Notes: generated by a model not told the origin, from the sequence alone. 64,000 bases of DNA from an uncultured Acidobacteriota bacterium (GCA_963809485.1 CAWEJX010000007.1:640001-704000), one strand, 5' to 3'; numbered from the stretch's first letter, positions 29,114 to 39,781 are shown. A program made the numbers and translations.

Positions 29114-31534
29114 ATGACGGAACGAGTCCATCGGCTGAAGAGCAAAATAATCACCAGCGGCCAGCATATTGGCATCGAAAAAATCAAGATCATCGTCCAT
29201 TCTGAAAAACAATGCACCGGCTATCCGCCTATCCTCCGGCGGGGCATTACCCTGAAAAACGTTCTCGAGCAGATGCCCATTATTATCCAGCCTGATGAGC
29301 TGATTGTCGGGAATCCGGCCAGCCACCCATACGGGCTTGAAATTGAGGCCGGACTCGGCAAATGGGATAAGGACGAAGTCGATGCGCTCAGAGCCGACGG
29401 GTATAAGTTCGATGAGAAGGACGAGATCGAGATGCTGTCCATGAACGAGCAGTTCAAGCCCTTCGGAATGTATGATGGGGCAAACCTCATTATAGCCGCC
29501 GACGACAGGCTTGATGTTTTCGCGCGCTGCGGCATGATGCTCGCCCCCTGGAAAAAAGACAAAACGCTCGGGAATCGAGTCGGAGGCGGGGCCGCATGCT
29601 CAGGCCTGGGCAATGGGCCCGGCTGGAATCTTCTTTGTATCAACTTCTCCATCCCGCTCACGAGAGGCCTGAATGCCCTGATCGAGGAGTGCAGGGCCGA
29701 ACTGAAAAAGAACCGCTATTTTGACAGGCTCTCTTACGAAAGAGGAATTGCTCTGCAGGCAATGATCGTTTCGCTGGAGGGGCTGGTCCATTACGCTTCG
29801 CGTTTTGCCAGGCTCGCCGATGACATGGCTTGCATGGAAGAGAACGCGCAGAGGAAAAAAGAGCTGATGGAGATTGCCGGGATTTGCAGGCGAGTGCCGG
29901 CCTATCCCGCGCGAACATTTAAGGAAGCCCTGCAATGCTTCTGGTTTGTCTTCCTGCTAATGAATCCCTCGCCGACTCCCGCGATGGGACGCTTTGACCA
30001 GTACATGTATCCGTATTACAAGGCAGACATTGAGGCGGGCAGAATAACCAGGGATGAGGTGCTGGAATACCTGTGCTGCCTGCGTATCCGCTGCATGGAA
30101 CTGAATCAGCAGTCAGGGAAAGAAATCCGCAAGCGCACCTCCGCAGGAGCGCGTTGGATCAATATGACCATCGGCGGGGTGAAGCCCGATGGCAGCGATG
30201 CAACCAACGAATTGACTCACTTGATTCTGGACGCACTGATGGAGTGTCCGACAACTCACCATACCATCACGCTCCGCGTCGCCGACTCTACGCCGGATTC
30301 CATCATGCTGAAAGCTGTTACAGCTCAGGCAAAGGGAATGAGCATGCCGGCTTTTGTCGGAGATAAATCCTATATCAACTATTTCAACAGGCCAGACGAT
30401 CCTGACGATGGGCTTGACATTGAAATTGCCAGAGACTACTGCATGACCGGCTGTATCGACGGCAACATCGCCGGGCGCACACGCACGATGGGAATCACCA
30501 TGTTTGTCGTGCCGAAGGTTCTCGATCTGTTCCTGCACGACGGTTGGGACGCAAAAATCGAAGAGCAGGTCGGGCATAAAATCGGCGATCTGAGCAGGTT
30601 TGCTACATACGAGGAATTTCTTGAGGAATTCAAAAAAGAATTCGCTTACTTTATCCGGCTTTCGGCGGAAAAGCTCAATATCGAGAGCATCGTTTTTCAA
30701 AACATGTTTCCCGATCCGTTCCGCGCAGCCCTCATGGACGGCGGCATACAGTCCGGGCTTGACTGCTATGCTCAACCGTATGGTTTCGAAAACAATCAAC
30801 TCCTTAATCCGGTTGGGATGGTCAATCTTGCCCAATCGCTCTATGCAGTCAAGAAGCTTGTTTTTGAAGAAAGGACCGTCAATTTCACGGAGCTGTTGAG
30901 GGCATTGGACGCCAATTGGCAAGGCTATGAAACGCTGCGGGCGAAGTGCCTTGCACTGAGCCACTACGGAAACGGCGTCGATGAGGTTGATGAGATCGTC
31001 GGCGACTGTTACTCATTCTGGGCTGATGTCGCCGACACGATCCCATCCATCCTGGGCGGGCATTTCAGATGCTCTGCAATCTCAATCACGTCCCACCAGC
31101 CGGGTGGCGCACTCGTTGGAGCCACGCCGGACGGGCGTCACGCCGGGGAGATCCTCGCCGACGCCTGCGCATCTCCGATGAGGGGCACCGATACCAAGGG
31201 CCCGCTTGCTGTTTTCCGAAGTGCTCTTCATATTCCTCAGGACCGTTTCCAGGCCATGCTCATGAATATGAAAATCCATCCGTCGGCCCTTGAATCGGAT
31301 AGCAGCAAGCTAAAGCTGGCAAGCGCCATAAGGACGTATTTCGCCAATGGCGGCAAGCATGTGCAATTTATTGTGTGCGATGCGAAGACGCTTGAGGACG
31401 CGAAGATCCACCCCGAGGACCACCGCGATCTCATGGTACGTGTTGCGGGTTATAGCGCCTATTTTGTCCAGCTCACGCCTGGACTGCAGGATGAAGTAAT
31501 CGCGCGCACGGCTCACAAGCTGTGTGAATCCTGA
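29114..31534 (+). CDS. Glycyl radical enzyme (PFL-like family, substrate unknown)
   Basis: PDELIVG, GRFDQYMYPYY, Cys loop CMTGCID, ATPDGR, Gly loop LMVRVAGYSAYF; RBS GAGGAG. Confidence 0.93.
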   Translation: MTERVHRLKSKIITSGQHIGIEKIKIIVHSEKQCTGYPPILRRGITLKNVLEQMPIIIQPDELIVGNPASHPYGLEIEAGLGKWDKDEVDALRADGYKFDEKDEIEMLSMNEQFKPFGMYDGANLIIAADDRLDVFARCGMMLAPWKKDKTLGNRVGGGAACSGLGNGPGWNLLCINFSIPLTRGLNALIEECRAELKKNRYFDRLSYERGIALQAMIVSLEGLVHYASRFARLADDMACMEENAQRKKELMEIAGICRRVPAYPARTFKEALQCFWFVFLLMNPSPTPAMGRFDQYMYPYYKADIEAGRITRDEVLEYLCCLRIRCMELNQQSGKEIRKRTSAGARWINMTIGGVKPDGSDATNELTHLILDALMECPTTHHTITLRVADSTPDSIMLKAVTAQAKGMSMPAFVGDKSYINYFNRPDDPDDGLDIEIARDYCMTGCIDGNIAGRTRTMGITMFVVPKVLDLFLHDGWDAKIEEQVGHKIGDLSRFATYEEFLEEFKKEFAYFIRLSAEKLNIESIVFQNMFPDPFRAALMDGGIQSGLDCYAQPYGFENNQLLNPVGMVNLAQSLYAVKKLVFEERTVNFTELLRALDANWQGYETLRAKCLALSHYGNGVDEVDEIVGDCYSFWADVADTIPSILGGHFRCSAISITSHQPGGALVGATPDGRHAGEILADACASPMRGTDTKGPLAVFRSALHIPQDRFQAMLMNMKIHPSALESDSSKLKLASAIRTYFANGGKHVQFIVCDAKTLEDAKIHPEDHRDLMVRVAGYSAYFVQLTPGLQDEVIARTAHKLCES

Positions 31535-31541
31535 TTCCATT

Positions 31542-31751
31542 GGTAAACCCCCGGCTCTGCCGGGGGATTCAAAGAGTTTGACAGCTCCGTATTTTGAAAC
31601 GCTGACAAACGCCGATTTGTTCGGCGAGGATCGGAAGCGCCTCATCGGCTTTTGCCCGCGTAAGTCAGCGTTCAAGACCGGCGTAACTGGTCCAACCGCT
31701 TTGAGCGGTTCAAATCTTTCAAGCCTCCGGCTTTGCCGGAGGTACCTGACT
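31542..31751 (+). mobile_element. Element P, copy C
   Basis: Same ends as copy A; begins 8 bp after the GRE stop. Confidence 0.8.
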
Positions 31752-31944
31752 CTTTGCCTGTGTGTGTCGCCAAAATCCTGTAACGCCATAGCTTCAACAG
31801 CCTGACGGCGCCCTCTTCCTGATATACATCCAACCCATGACTCCCCTTATCTCCGTATTTTGGCATTCAGGTTCGAGCTTTGCTCGGAATGCAGCTGCCT
31901 ATATAATACGTTGAAAAACGAAACCGGTGTTCAGGAGGCAAATT

Positions 31945-33630
31945 ATGCGAGTCATTCCAAGGCGTCGATTCCTTACCAACATAACCTGCGCGGCCGGCGG
32001 GATCACCGCCTATTCCCTGGGGGGGCTTTCCGGCATTGCAGCCTGGGCTGTGAACAGCCCGGTAGTGGAAACAACCTCCGGCAAAGTGCGCGGATTCCTC
32101 AACGACGGCATTTGCTCCTTCCGGGGAGTGCGGTACGGCGCTTCCACGGAGGGGAAGAACCGTTTCATGCCGCCTCAGAAGCCCATGCCCTGGGCGGGCA
32201 TACGTGATGCAACTTCCTACGGGTACAGCGCTCCTCAAACAAATCCATCCCCGCGCGGCGCGGCCGGCCCGGAAAGCGAAATGAGTCAAATTTTGCTGGC
32301 TTCAGACGGATACAGGGTCCCTCCTGCCGAGAGCGAGGACTGCCTCTTTCTGAACGTCTGGACGCCTGGCATTGGGGCGGCCAAAAAGCGCCCGGTCATG
32401 GTCTGGCTGCATGGGGGAGGATACAGCTCCGGGACGGCATCCAGCCTGATGTATGATGGGACCAATCTCGCGCAACGCGGCGACATTGTCATGGTCGGGC
32501 TTAATCATCGTCTGAATGTTTTCGGCTATACGCACTTTGGGGATATTGGCGGGCCGGAGTATGCGCATTCGGGAAATGCGGGGCAGCTGGACATTATCGC
32601 CGCTTTGGAGTGGATCCGGGACAACATCGAGTTTTTCGGCGGCGATCCCAAACGCGTCATGATTTTCGGTGAATCGGGCGGTGGATCGAAGGTCTCGATG
32701 CTGCTGGGAAGCCCGCCGGCAAAAGGATTGTTCCACAGGGCCGTCATAGAAAGCGGGCCGGGAGTGAGGATGGCGGAACGAGAGACGGCGACCAGGGCTG
32801 CTGAGACGCTGCTGTCTGAACTGGGATTGGATGCAAAACGCCTGCCGGAAATTCAGAAGTTATCGACGGAAAAGATCCTGGCCGCATATTTCTCTGCCAC
32901 GGCGGTATTGTCCAAGCGAGGAACCGGGGGAGGAATGGGCGGCGGCGGTTTTAGCCCTGTCCTCGATCCGCAGGTGCTCCCGGCTCATCCGTTTCATCCT
33001 GAAGCGACGCGCATCTCGGAAGATGTGCCGGTGATGGTGGGCTGGAACAAGACCGAATCGACAGTCTTTTCCATGGGCGATCCTTCCCTTTTCTCACTCG
33101 ACGACGCAGGGCTGAGAAAACGCATCGAAGGCCTGGCCGGCAACGATGCGGACGAACTTATAAAAGCGTATAGGAATGAATATCCGAAGCTGTCTCCCTC
33201 GGGAATCTATTTCTACATTTCGAGCTATTCCATGATGGGTTCCGGCTCCGTCACGATCGCAGAACGGAAAGCCGCCCTGGGCCGGGCTCCGGCGTATTTA
33301 TATCGTTTCGATTGGGAGACTCCGGTATTCAATGGGAAATACATCAGTCCGCACGGGCTGGAAATGCCGATGGTTTTCGACAATGTCGAGGGGGGCGGTT
33401 TGATCTGGACGGATGGAACGGCTGAAGCAAAAAAAATGGCCGTAAAAATGAGCGAATCCTGGATAGCATTCGCCGCCACTGGAAATCCGAATTCCAGGAA
33501 AAGCGGGTTGCCTCAATGGCCGGCCTACGATTCGGAGAAACGGGCGATGATGATTTTTGACAACGAAAGCAGGATAGCCTACGATCCGCTCAAATTGCAG
33601 CGAGTCATTTTCAGCCGGAACCAGAAATAA
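31945..33630 (+). CDS. Tat-exported type-B carboxylesterase
   Basis: PRRRFL; SEDCLFLNVWTP, WLHGGG, FGESGGG nucleophile, HGLE. Confidence 0.93.
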   Translation: MRVIPRRRFLTNITCAAGGITAYSLGGLSGIAAWAVNSPVVETTSGKVRGFLNDGICSFRGVRYGASTEGKNRFMPPQKPMPWAGIRDATSYGYSAPQTNPSPRGAAGPESEMSQILLASDGYRVPPAESEDCLFLNVWTPGIGAAKKRPVMVWLHGGGYSSGTASSLMYDGTNLAQRGDIVMVGLNHRLNVFGYTHFGDIGGPEYAHSGNAGQLDIIAALEWIRDNIEFFGGDPKRVMIFGESGGGSKVSMLLGSPPAKGLFHRAVIESGPGVRMAERETATRAAETLLSELGLDAKRLPEIQKLSTEKILAAYFSATAVLSKRGTGGGMGGGGFSPVLDPQVLPAHPFHPEATRISEDVPVMVGWNKTESTVFSMGDPSLFSLDDAGLRKRIEGLAGNDADELIKAYRNEYPKLSPSGIYFYISSYSMMGSGSVTIAERKAALGRAPAYLYRFDWETPVFNGKYISPHGLEMPMVFDNVEGGGLIWTDGTAEAKKMAVKMSESWIAFAATGNPNSRKSGLPQWPAYDSEKRAMMIFDNESRIAYDPLKLQRVIFSRNQK

Positions 33631-33637
33631 TTCTAGT

Positions 33638-33855
33638 GGTAAACCCACGGCTCTGCCGGGGGACTCATAGAGTTTGACAGCTCTGCATTTTGAAACGCTG
33701 AGATACGCTGACAAAAGCGCTGACAAACGCCGATTTGTTCGGCGAGGGTCGGCTTTTGCCCGCGTAAGTCAGCGTTCAAGACCGGCGTAACCCCTCCAAC
33801 CGCTTTGAGCGATTCCAATCTTTCAAGCCTCCGACTTTGCCGGAGGTGCCTGACT
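33638..33855 (+). mobile_element. Element P, copy D
   Basis: Same ends; 8 bp after the esterase stop, between convergent genes. Confidence 0.8.
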
Positions 33856-33901
33856 AACGCCGCGGATTCCACAGATTTGCACAAACCAAGGGCCTTTCGG
33901 G

Positions 33902-35755
33902 TCAACGCCACTTGTCGATCGATATCTGGATCTCGGCCACCGCGTCCCAGCCGTGTATATGCTGTACCTGACCTTGAGCGCCTACGACGATCACGCGAAT
34001 AAACTGGCGAGGATAGACCGACACGACGGTGTCCTCAGAGAGGTCCTTATAGCCAGGGTGGCTAGGCTCGACGAGGTACCAGAAATTCCAGTTCTTGCGC
34101 AGGTCTCCGAGCCGGGCGGTCGAGTTCTTGTAGAGGAAGTCCGCTAACTTCTCCTTGGACATGCCTTCTTTTTCAGCCAGATAATGCGCATTATCTGGGC
34201 TGACCAGGGCGATCATTCCCGAGGGGAATTCGTAGTGTGCCACTGTCTGGGCCAGTCTTCTGACATGCTTGAGTCCAGTTCCCCAGTAGTTGCCGACCTC
34301 GGCGTTCCACAACACAAAGAAGGTCAGGACGCTGTCTTTCCTGTTGTAGCCGCCGAATTGTTGCGCCGTGCCGTCGCTGGCGCGATATCCAACAATTTCG
34401 GCCGTAGCCTTTCCGCGCTTCTTAGCCTCGTCAGCCCCTATGACACCAGCATCCGCGCTCGTGATGGTGCCGTCGGGCAGCACCGGCGCCAGGGGCTTGC
34501 TGACGTGCAGCGGTTCCCACGGACTCCCCTCTTCGTTCTCGGCAAAGCACACGCCACCACGAAGCGTGTTGTTGCCCATGGTAGGATTCATGCTGATGCC
34601 GGAAATGCAGCCGCCGATATTGCGGATGAAGAGTTGAAAAGCGCGTCCAATGGTTGAGTTGGGCCGGTACCCAGGGCCGAGTGCGCCTCGACCGGAGTTC
34701 ATTCCGATCTCTTTGGCGTACGGACCGTTGATCACATGCATGTATCCGAAGCCGTTCGTTGACACGACGAAAGCCGGGAACTGCCCGCCGAAGCTGCGGC
34801 CCTGAATCAAGTCAGCCGCCTGAACCGTCGCCAGGAGGACCGGCATGTACTCGGGCTTCGCGCCGGCCATCACCGCGTTGATCGCAACGGACTCAACCGT
34901 CGCGCCCCAACCTTCGCAGCCCCAGTTTGCCGCGATCACCTCGTTGCGGGGGTGACTCGTCCCCTTCAGCATCTCCGCCACGGCTTCTTTTGTGGGCGGG
35001 ATAATCGGAAGGCCATCGGTCCAATGCTGCTTATGGAAGTGCTCCTGGATCTCCGCGAGCGTGCCCACGAGCGCAACCTTTCCCGGGGGATCTGGTTTGA
35101 TGATATCGTTCCGTCGTTCCTCCTTGGTTAGTTCCCGCGTCAGTCCATCAATGACGGCGTCGACAATGCCGCCCATCTCCTTGTCGGTGATCCGGTCTTT
35201 GGGACAGGTGGTGGAGACGATGCGGATGGGCACGCCGGTGGCGCCGGCCTTCCAATCGGCGACATGCTTCATGTCTTCGCACGCAATGTGAACTCCCGGC
35301 ACGCCACGCTTTTCGAACTTGATGGCCGAATACGCAGCCCCCTGCGATCCGCTGGACCCGCCCGAGCCTCCGAAGACAAAGGCATCGGACTGCGCCGCGA
35401 TTTTCTCGACAAACGCATCATCGATGCCAAAAGAGCTGCTGGTGGTCGATACCTTTACTCCCGGATATCGCTTTTCGAGCTCGGCCTTCAGCGGTCCGTA
35501 AATCAGCCCAACCCCGTCCTTTGTGTCAATGAGGCTGACCCTGCTCCTGCTGATGTCCTTCGGGCGTGGCGACAGCGCAATCCGCTGGATAGACGGACGC
35601 ATACCGCGCGGATCCAGGACAGTGATCTTGCCTTGAGCATCTGTTGCCGGCTTCAGAGCCAAAACTGCAATACCGGCCGTGACGAGCAATACAGCCAGTG
35701 CTACAGGGAGCCACACTCGCGCCAATCTAGAGATGCCGGATACTCGTGTTTCCAT
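33902..35755 (-). CDS. Exported UGSC-(seleno)protein-like fusion lacking the Sec/Cys motif
   Basis: N-terminal hydrophobic helix; ITVLDPRG, EKRGVPGV, WTDGLPIIPPT, ATVESVAINAVMAGAKPEY, NSTIGRA, FAENEE.SPWEPLHV. Confidence 0.75.
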   Translation of the reverse strand: METRVSGISRLARVWLPVALAVLLVTAGIAVLALKPATDAQGKITVLDPRGMRPSIQRIALSPRPKDISRSRVSLIDTKDGVGLIYGPLKAELEKRYPGVKVSTTSSSFGIDDAFVEKIAAQSDAFVFGGSGGSSGSQGAAYSAIKFEKRGVPGVHIACEDMKHVADWKAGATGVPIRIVSTTCPKDRITDKEMGGIVDAVIDGLTRELTKEERRNDIIKPDPPGKVALVGTLAEIQEHFHKQHWTDGLPIIPPTKEAVAEMLKGTSHPRNEVIAANWGCEGWGATVESVAINAVMAGAKPEYMPVLLATVQAADLIQGRSFGGQFPAFVVSTNGFGYMHVINGPYAKEIGMNSGRGALGPGYRPNSTIGRAFQLFIRNIGGCISGISMNPTMGNNTLRGGVCFAENEEGSPWEPLHVSKPLAPVLPDGTITSADAGVIGADEAKKRGKATAEIVGYRASDGTAQQFGGYNRKDSVLTFFVLWNAEVGNYWGTGLKHVRRLAQTVAHYEFPSGMIALVSPDNAHYLAEKEGMSKEKLADFLYKNSTARLGDLRKNWNFWYLVEPSHPGYKDLSEDTVVSVYPRQFIRVIVVGAQGQVQHIHGWDAVAEIQISIDKWR

Positions 35756-36125
35756 GTTCCCTCCTTAGTGTCGCTTTTTCGGGCTATGCACTGCGGTCCA
35801 CGGCGATGTTGCCGCCTGCAGCGGATAAGACCTCTGATAAACCCAGGTTATGTAAGCTGTCGCGATTTCCTTTGGATCTTTCAGGGCGGATTCTACTTCA
35901 AGACGGAAGGGAAAAACCATAAATTTGCAGTGGTTTTCATTTCAGCCAGCTTTGGCCAGCATGCAGAGCGGAAGCTCCACGGTGGCCCTGTTCTGACAGC
36001 CAACAAGCCCGTTCGTTCCGGAGATTGCGGTTGATCCGAATTCGTGATGGTCCGACAATGGGAAATGACCAGGAAGCAATAGCGTTGATCTGCCGGGACT
36101 ATAAAGAGGTGAAAAGGATTTGAGC

Positions 36126-37784
36126 ATGGATCGACATACGGAGCACACAATACTGAATGGAATCTCCCGCAGGAGATTCCTCAAATGCACGGCAATATCC
36201 GCAGGAAGCGCCGGAGTGTTGGGGCTAGCCGGCTGTTCTCCTCGGCGCCCTGGCGAAAAGCAGGCCGACAGCGATAGCCAATTCGGCAAAAGTTCGGATG
36301 GCGCAGCAACACTTTCCTTCCTGCCCAGGCCGGCGCCAATCGCGGAGGACGATATTAGGGAAACGAAAACATTTGATGCCGTCATCGTCGGCGCCGGGGC
36401 ATCCGGAGTTCCTGCAGCTTTGTCGGCGGCCGAACATGGCGCCAAAGTCGCTGTGCTTCAGAAGGAAAACATCATCGTCTCGCAAGGCAATGCAGGCGCG
36501 GGCATCGACCTGTCAGCGAGCGATCCTGCCGGCATTGAAGCTCTTGTCGCGCTTTTAATGAAGGATAATGCGCATCGGTGCAATCCCAAGCTTCTTCAGC
36601 AATGGGCATATAATTCGGGGGAAGCGGTAACCTGGGTTATGGATCGCGCAAAGCAATCAGGCGCTCAGGTAATCGATCAAGGAAACCTGCCCCAGAGCAC
36701 CATCGTCAGGATCAATGGCTATATGCTGAATTACCATACATCCTATTTCGGGCCCAAGCCTTACACCAATGGAGAGGGGATGCGCGCATTGGGCAAAACC
36801 GCTGAAAAGGCCGGCGTCCAATTTTTCTTCAGCACTCCCGGCATCCAACTGGTGCAGGATTCTTCCGGAGAAGTCACCGGAGTCATCGGCAAGCGGCCGG
36901 ATGGCGGCTATACACGGTTTTTGGCGCACAAGGGCGTAATCCTGGCTACGGGCGATTACCAGAACAACAAAGCAATGTGCGATTACTTCATTCCTGATGC
37001 GAAAAATTTTGGTCGCAAGCAGGTTGACAGAACCGGCGATGGGCACATCATGGGGTACTGGGCCGGGGGAGTCATCGAGCCGATAGGCCATACCAAAATG
37101 CTGCATGATTTTGACTCCGGACCCGCCGGCATGTGCGACATGCCGTTCCTGGCCGTTGACCAAAAGGGAAAGCGGTTTGTAAACGAAATGGTTGTAATGT
37201 CGGAGCTCAATAATTATCTCCGCCAGCAAGACTGCGCCGGGCAATATTCTCAGATATTCGATTCCAACTACATGAAGCAGGCGGCAAACTGGCCAGGCAG
37301 ACTTGTTCCTCCGGAAGGGCTCCGGGACTATATGCCCGAGGAATCGAGTCCCCATCCTGGCGTATTTGAGACATTCATCGATACACACAAGGCGAATACG
37401 CTTGAGGAGCTTGCCGCCAAAATCAGGGTTCATCCCGCAACATTGGTCGAAACCGTCAGGCGCTATAATGAAATCGTTGCTTCCGGCAGGGATTCCGACT
37501 TCGGCAAGCCTGCCAGCCAGTTGCAGCCGATTGACGCGCCGCCCTTCTACGGGATCCACCGCACAATACGGATATCCGCCATCTGTTCAGGCTTGCTCGT
37601 CAACGAGAATCATCAATGTCTCGATGCCTATGGCAATCCCATCAAAGGTTTGTATGCCGTCGGCAATCTCGGCGGCGGATTTTACGGCAGCGCCGATTAT
37701 CCTCTCACGGTTTTCGGTCTTTCACTGGGCCGCTGCTATACCTTTGGATATCTTGCAGGAAAACATGTCGCGCAAATAGGATGA
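36126..37784 (+). CDS. Tat lipoprotein flavocytochrome-c-type flavin subunit
   Basis: SRRRFLK...LAGC lipobox; DAVIVGAGASG, VILATGDY, TGDGH, GLYAVGN, GLSLGRCYTFG. Confidence 0.92.
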   Translation: MDRHTEHTILNGISRRRFLKCTAISAGSAGVLGLAGCSPRRPGEKQADSDSQFGKSSDGAATLSFLPRPAPIAEDDIRETKTFDAVIVGAGASGVPAALSAAEHGAKVAVLQKENIIVSQGNAGAGIDLSASDPAGIEALVALLMKDNAHRCNPKLLQQWAYNSGEAVTWVMDRAKQSGAQVIDQGNLPQSTIVRINGYMLNYHTSYFGPKPYTNGEGMRALGKTAEKAGVQFFFSTPGIQLVQDSSGEVTGVIGKRPDGGYTRFLAHKGVILATGDYQNNKAMCDYFIPDAKNFGRKQVDRTGDGHIMGYWAGGVIEPIGHTKMLHDFDSGPAGMCDMPFLAVDQKGKRFVNEMVVMSELNNYLRQQDCAGQYSQIFDSNYMKQAANWPGRLVPPEGLRDYMPEESSPHPGVFETFIDTHKANTLEELAAKIRVHPATLVETVRRYNEIVASGRDSDFGKPASQLQPIDAPPFYGIHRTIRISAICSGLLVNENHQCLDAYGNPIKGLYAVGNLGGGFYGSADYPLTVFGLSLGRCYTFGYLAGKHVAQIG

Positions 37785-37871
37785 AGCGGCGCAGGACTGT
37801 GCGAACCGTCTGCCGCAGGACGCGGCTCATAGGAGAGAACAGAATACGGATCGAGTTGAATTGAGGAAGGA

Positions 37872-38558
37872 ATGGGTGGCATGACTGAACAGAATACTGA
37901 AAAGCCGACGAAGGCGTTCCGACGAATAGGGCTCTTTGGGGGCATAAGCGTGCTGGTAGTGATCGCGTTGACTGCCGCCGGATTAGCATGGCATCGACAA
38001 CCGGGTTTTTGCGGCATCTGTCATACGCCGATGGCGAGCTACGTTCAAGGCTACAATGACGGGGATGACATGCTTATGATCACTCCTCACGTAAAGGGAG
38101 AAAATGCGGTGCGCTGCCTGGACTGCCACAAGCAGACGCTTAAACAGGAAGTTACCGAAGCCGTTTATTGGTTTACCGGCAATTATGATTATCCGCTAAA
38201 AAAGCGCGAATTCGGAACGCGCGAGTTCTGCCTGACATCGGGCTGTCATGACGAAGGAGAAATCCTGAAGGCAACCAAGGAGAACAAGATGTCCAGGGCG
38301 ATAAATACAATTGGAGACGCTGTGGAATACAACCAGCACGATCCTCGCCATGGGAAACAAGCTTGTTTTCGATGCCATTCGGTGCATGGCAAGTCGGTAT
38401 TGCTATGCAACCAATGCCACAAACTCAAGGAGCCCAAAGGATGGACATCGCCTGAGCCCAATGGCGTCGTCGCCGCTCAGGAAATCTTTGCGCCGGCTAA
38501 TCCAATGGGAAATCCACCGGTTCTTCCGGTGAGGCAGCCTCAGTTTGACAAATACTGA
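37872..38558 (+). CDS. Membrane-anchored multiheme cytochrome c (five heme motifs)
   Basis: N-terminal TM helix; CGICH, CLDCH, CLTSGCH (CX4CH), CFRCH, CNQCH. Confidence 0.9.
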   Translation: MGGMTEQNTEKPTKAFRRIGLFGGISVLVVIALTAAGLAWHRQPGFCGICHTPMASYVQGYNDGDDMLMITPHVKGENAVRCLDCHKQTLKQEVTEAVYWFTGNYDYPLKKREFGTREFCLTSGCHDEGEILKATKENKMSRAINTIGDAVEYNQHDPRHGKQACFRCHSVHGKSVLLCNQCHKLKEPKGWTSPEPNGVVAAQEIFAPANPMGNPPVLPVRQPQFDKY

Positions 38559-38848
38559 AGCATGCCTTTCCGAATATTGAATGTCGAACCGCAGAAGTTA
38601 GGCCCGACTTCAAAATTCAAAAATTTCATTATAAATCGAGAGCGCGCAGATTATGAATCGTGCGTTTGGTGCGAAAATGCCGTGCGAGACAATACAGACA
38701 ACATAACCTTTTCCTTGATATTCGGCTAAAACGGACAGCGGGGGTGCGGCCCTGCTTCCTTGTGTGCTAAGCTGGCTTCAGCCATGCCTGTATGCATGAG
38801 GCAATATCATCTTTTCGAGCAATGAAGGCATATCAAGGAGAATCGATC

Positions 38849-39781
38849 ATGTGCACCCTAAAGTCAGCGCCCCAGGGATTAACACGAAGGAATTTTGTCG
38901 CAGGCGCGGCCGCTGCCGCTGTTGCAGGATCTACGGGTTTTGCGGGTATCGCACACGCCGCAGCCGCGCAACCGCCGGATCAACCCGCAACTCCCGTGGA
39001 GACGATGAACACCTACGGTTCCGATCTCCTGAATATGCTGGTGCTGAGAACCTATCCGATCGCAATAAAAATGCTGAAGAATGAAAGCGAAATCCCGAAG
39101 GGCGCCGTAAGGCCCAAAAAAGACCTCGGAACGCACTATGCCGCCTGCCAGGCCTTTGGCATCGTGAGACGGCGCGGCACCATGCTGGCAATGTTCATAG
39201 AAGACCACTGGTGTTTCGAGCCGATTATTGCTTACGGACTGGTGGAGCCTCCCAAGGATTTTCTGGAAGGATCGGGAAGCGCCTTCTTTGTTCAAAGCAA
39301 GGAAGGGGCGAAGGAACGCAGCAGCAAAATAGCCCTTCTGCCTCGAGGCAAATACGCCGGGATGGTGCTGGCGCCGCTTCACAAAGCAAGCTTTTCGCCG
39401 GACCTGACCATGATTTACTGCAATCCTTCGCAGCTGCGGCACATGCTGTTCGCATACATGCTTAAAAATGGACAGCGGGTTACCTCCACCCTCGATCCGA
39501 TCTGGTCCTGCGTGCACTCCATCGTGCCGTCTCTATTGAATGGCACCTGTGAAGTGACCGTGCCCGATCCCGGGGATTTCGAGAGAGCGGCCGTCGGGGA
39601 TGACGAGATGATTTTCACGGTCCCTGCCGGCAACATGAAGGAATTCATGGACGGGGTGTATCAATACGAGAAAACGGGAAGGGGATATCGAAGCTACGGC
39701 CGCGAGCTGCAGGGCGATTTCCAGCAACCGCCTTTCTATCAGCAGTATTTTAAAGAATGGGGCCTGGACGCGCCGAAATAG
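38849..39781 (+). CDS. DUF169-family protein with Tat signal
   Basis: TRRNFVAGAAAAAVAG; LRTYPIAIK, ACQAF...RR, HWC, PDLTMIYCNPSQL, PDPGD...DDEMIFTVP. Confidence 0.85.
   Translation: MCTLKSAPQGLTRRNFVAGAAAAAVAGSTGFAGIAHAAAAQPPDQPATPVETMNTYGSDLLNMLVLRTYPIAIKMLKNESEIPKGAVRPKKDLGTHYAACQAFGIVRRRGTMLAMFIEDHWCFEPIIAYGLVEPPKDFLEGSGSAFFVQSKEGAKERSSKIALLPRGKYAGMVLAPLHKASFSPDLTMIYCNPSQLRHMLFAYMLKNGQRVTSTLDPIWSCVHSIVPSLLNGTCEVTVPDPGDFERAAVGDDEMIFTVPAGNMKEFMDGVYQYEKTGRGYRSYGRELQGDFQQPPFYQQYFKEWGLDAPK

Noticed and set aside
35341-35375. Selenocysteine recoding in the UGSC-like gene
   Set aside because: No in-frame TGA at the motif.
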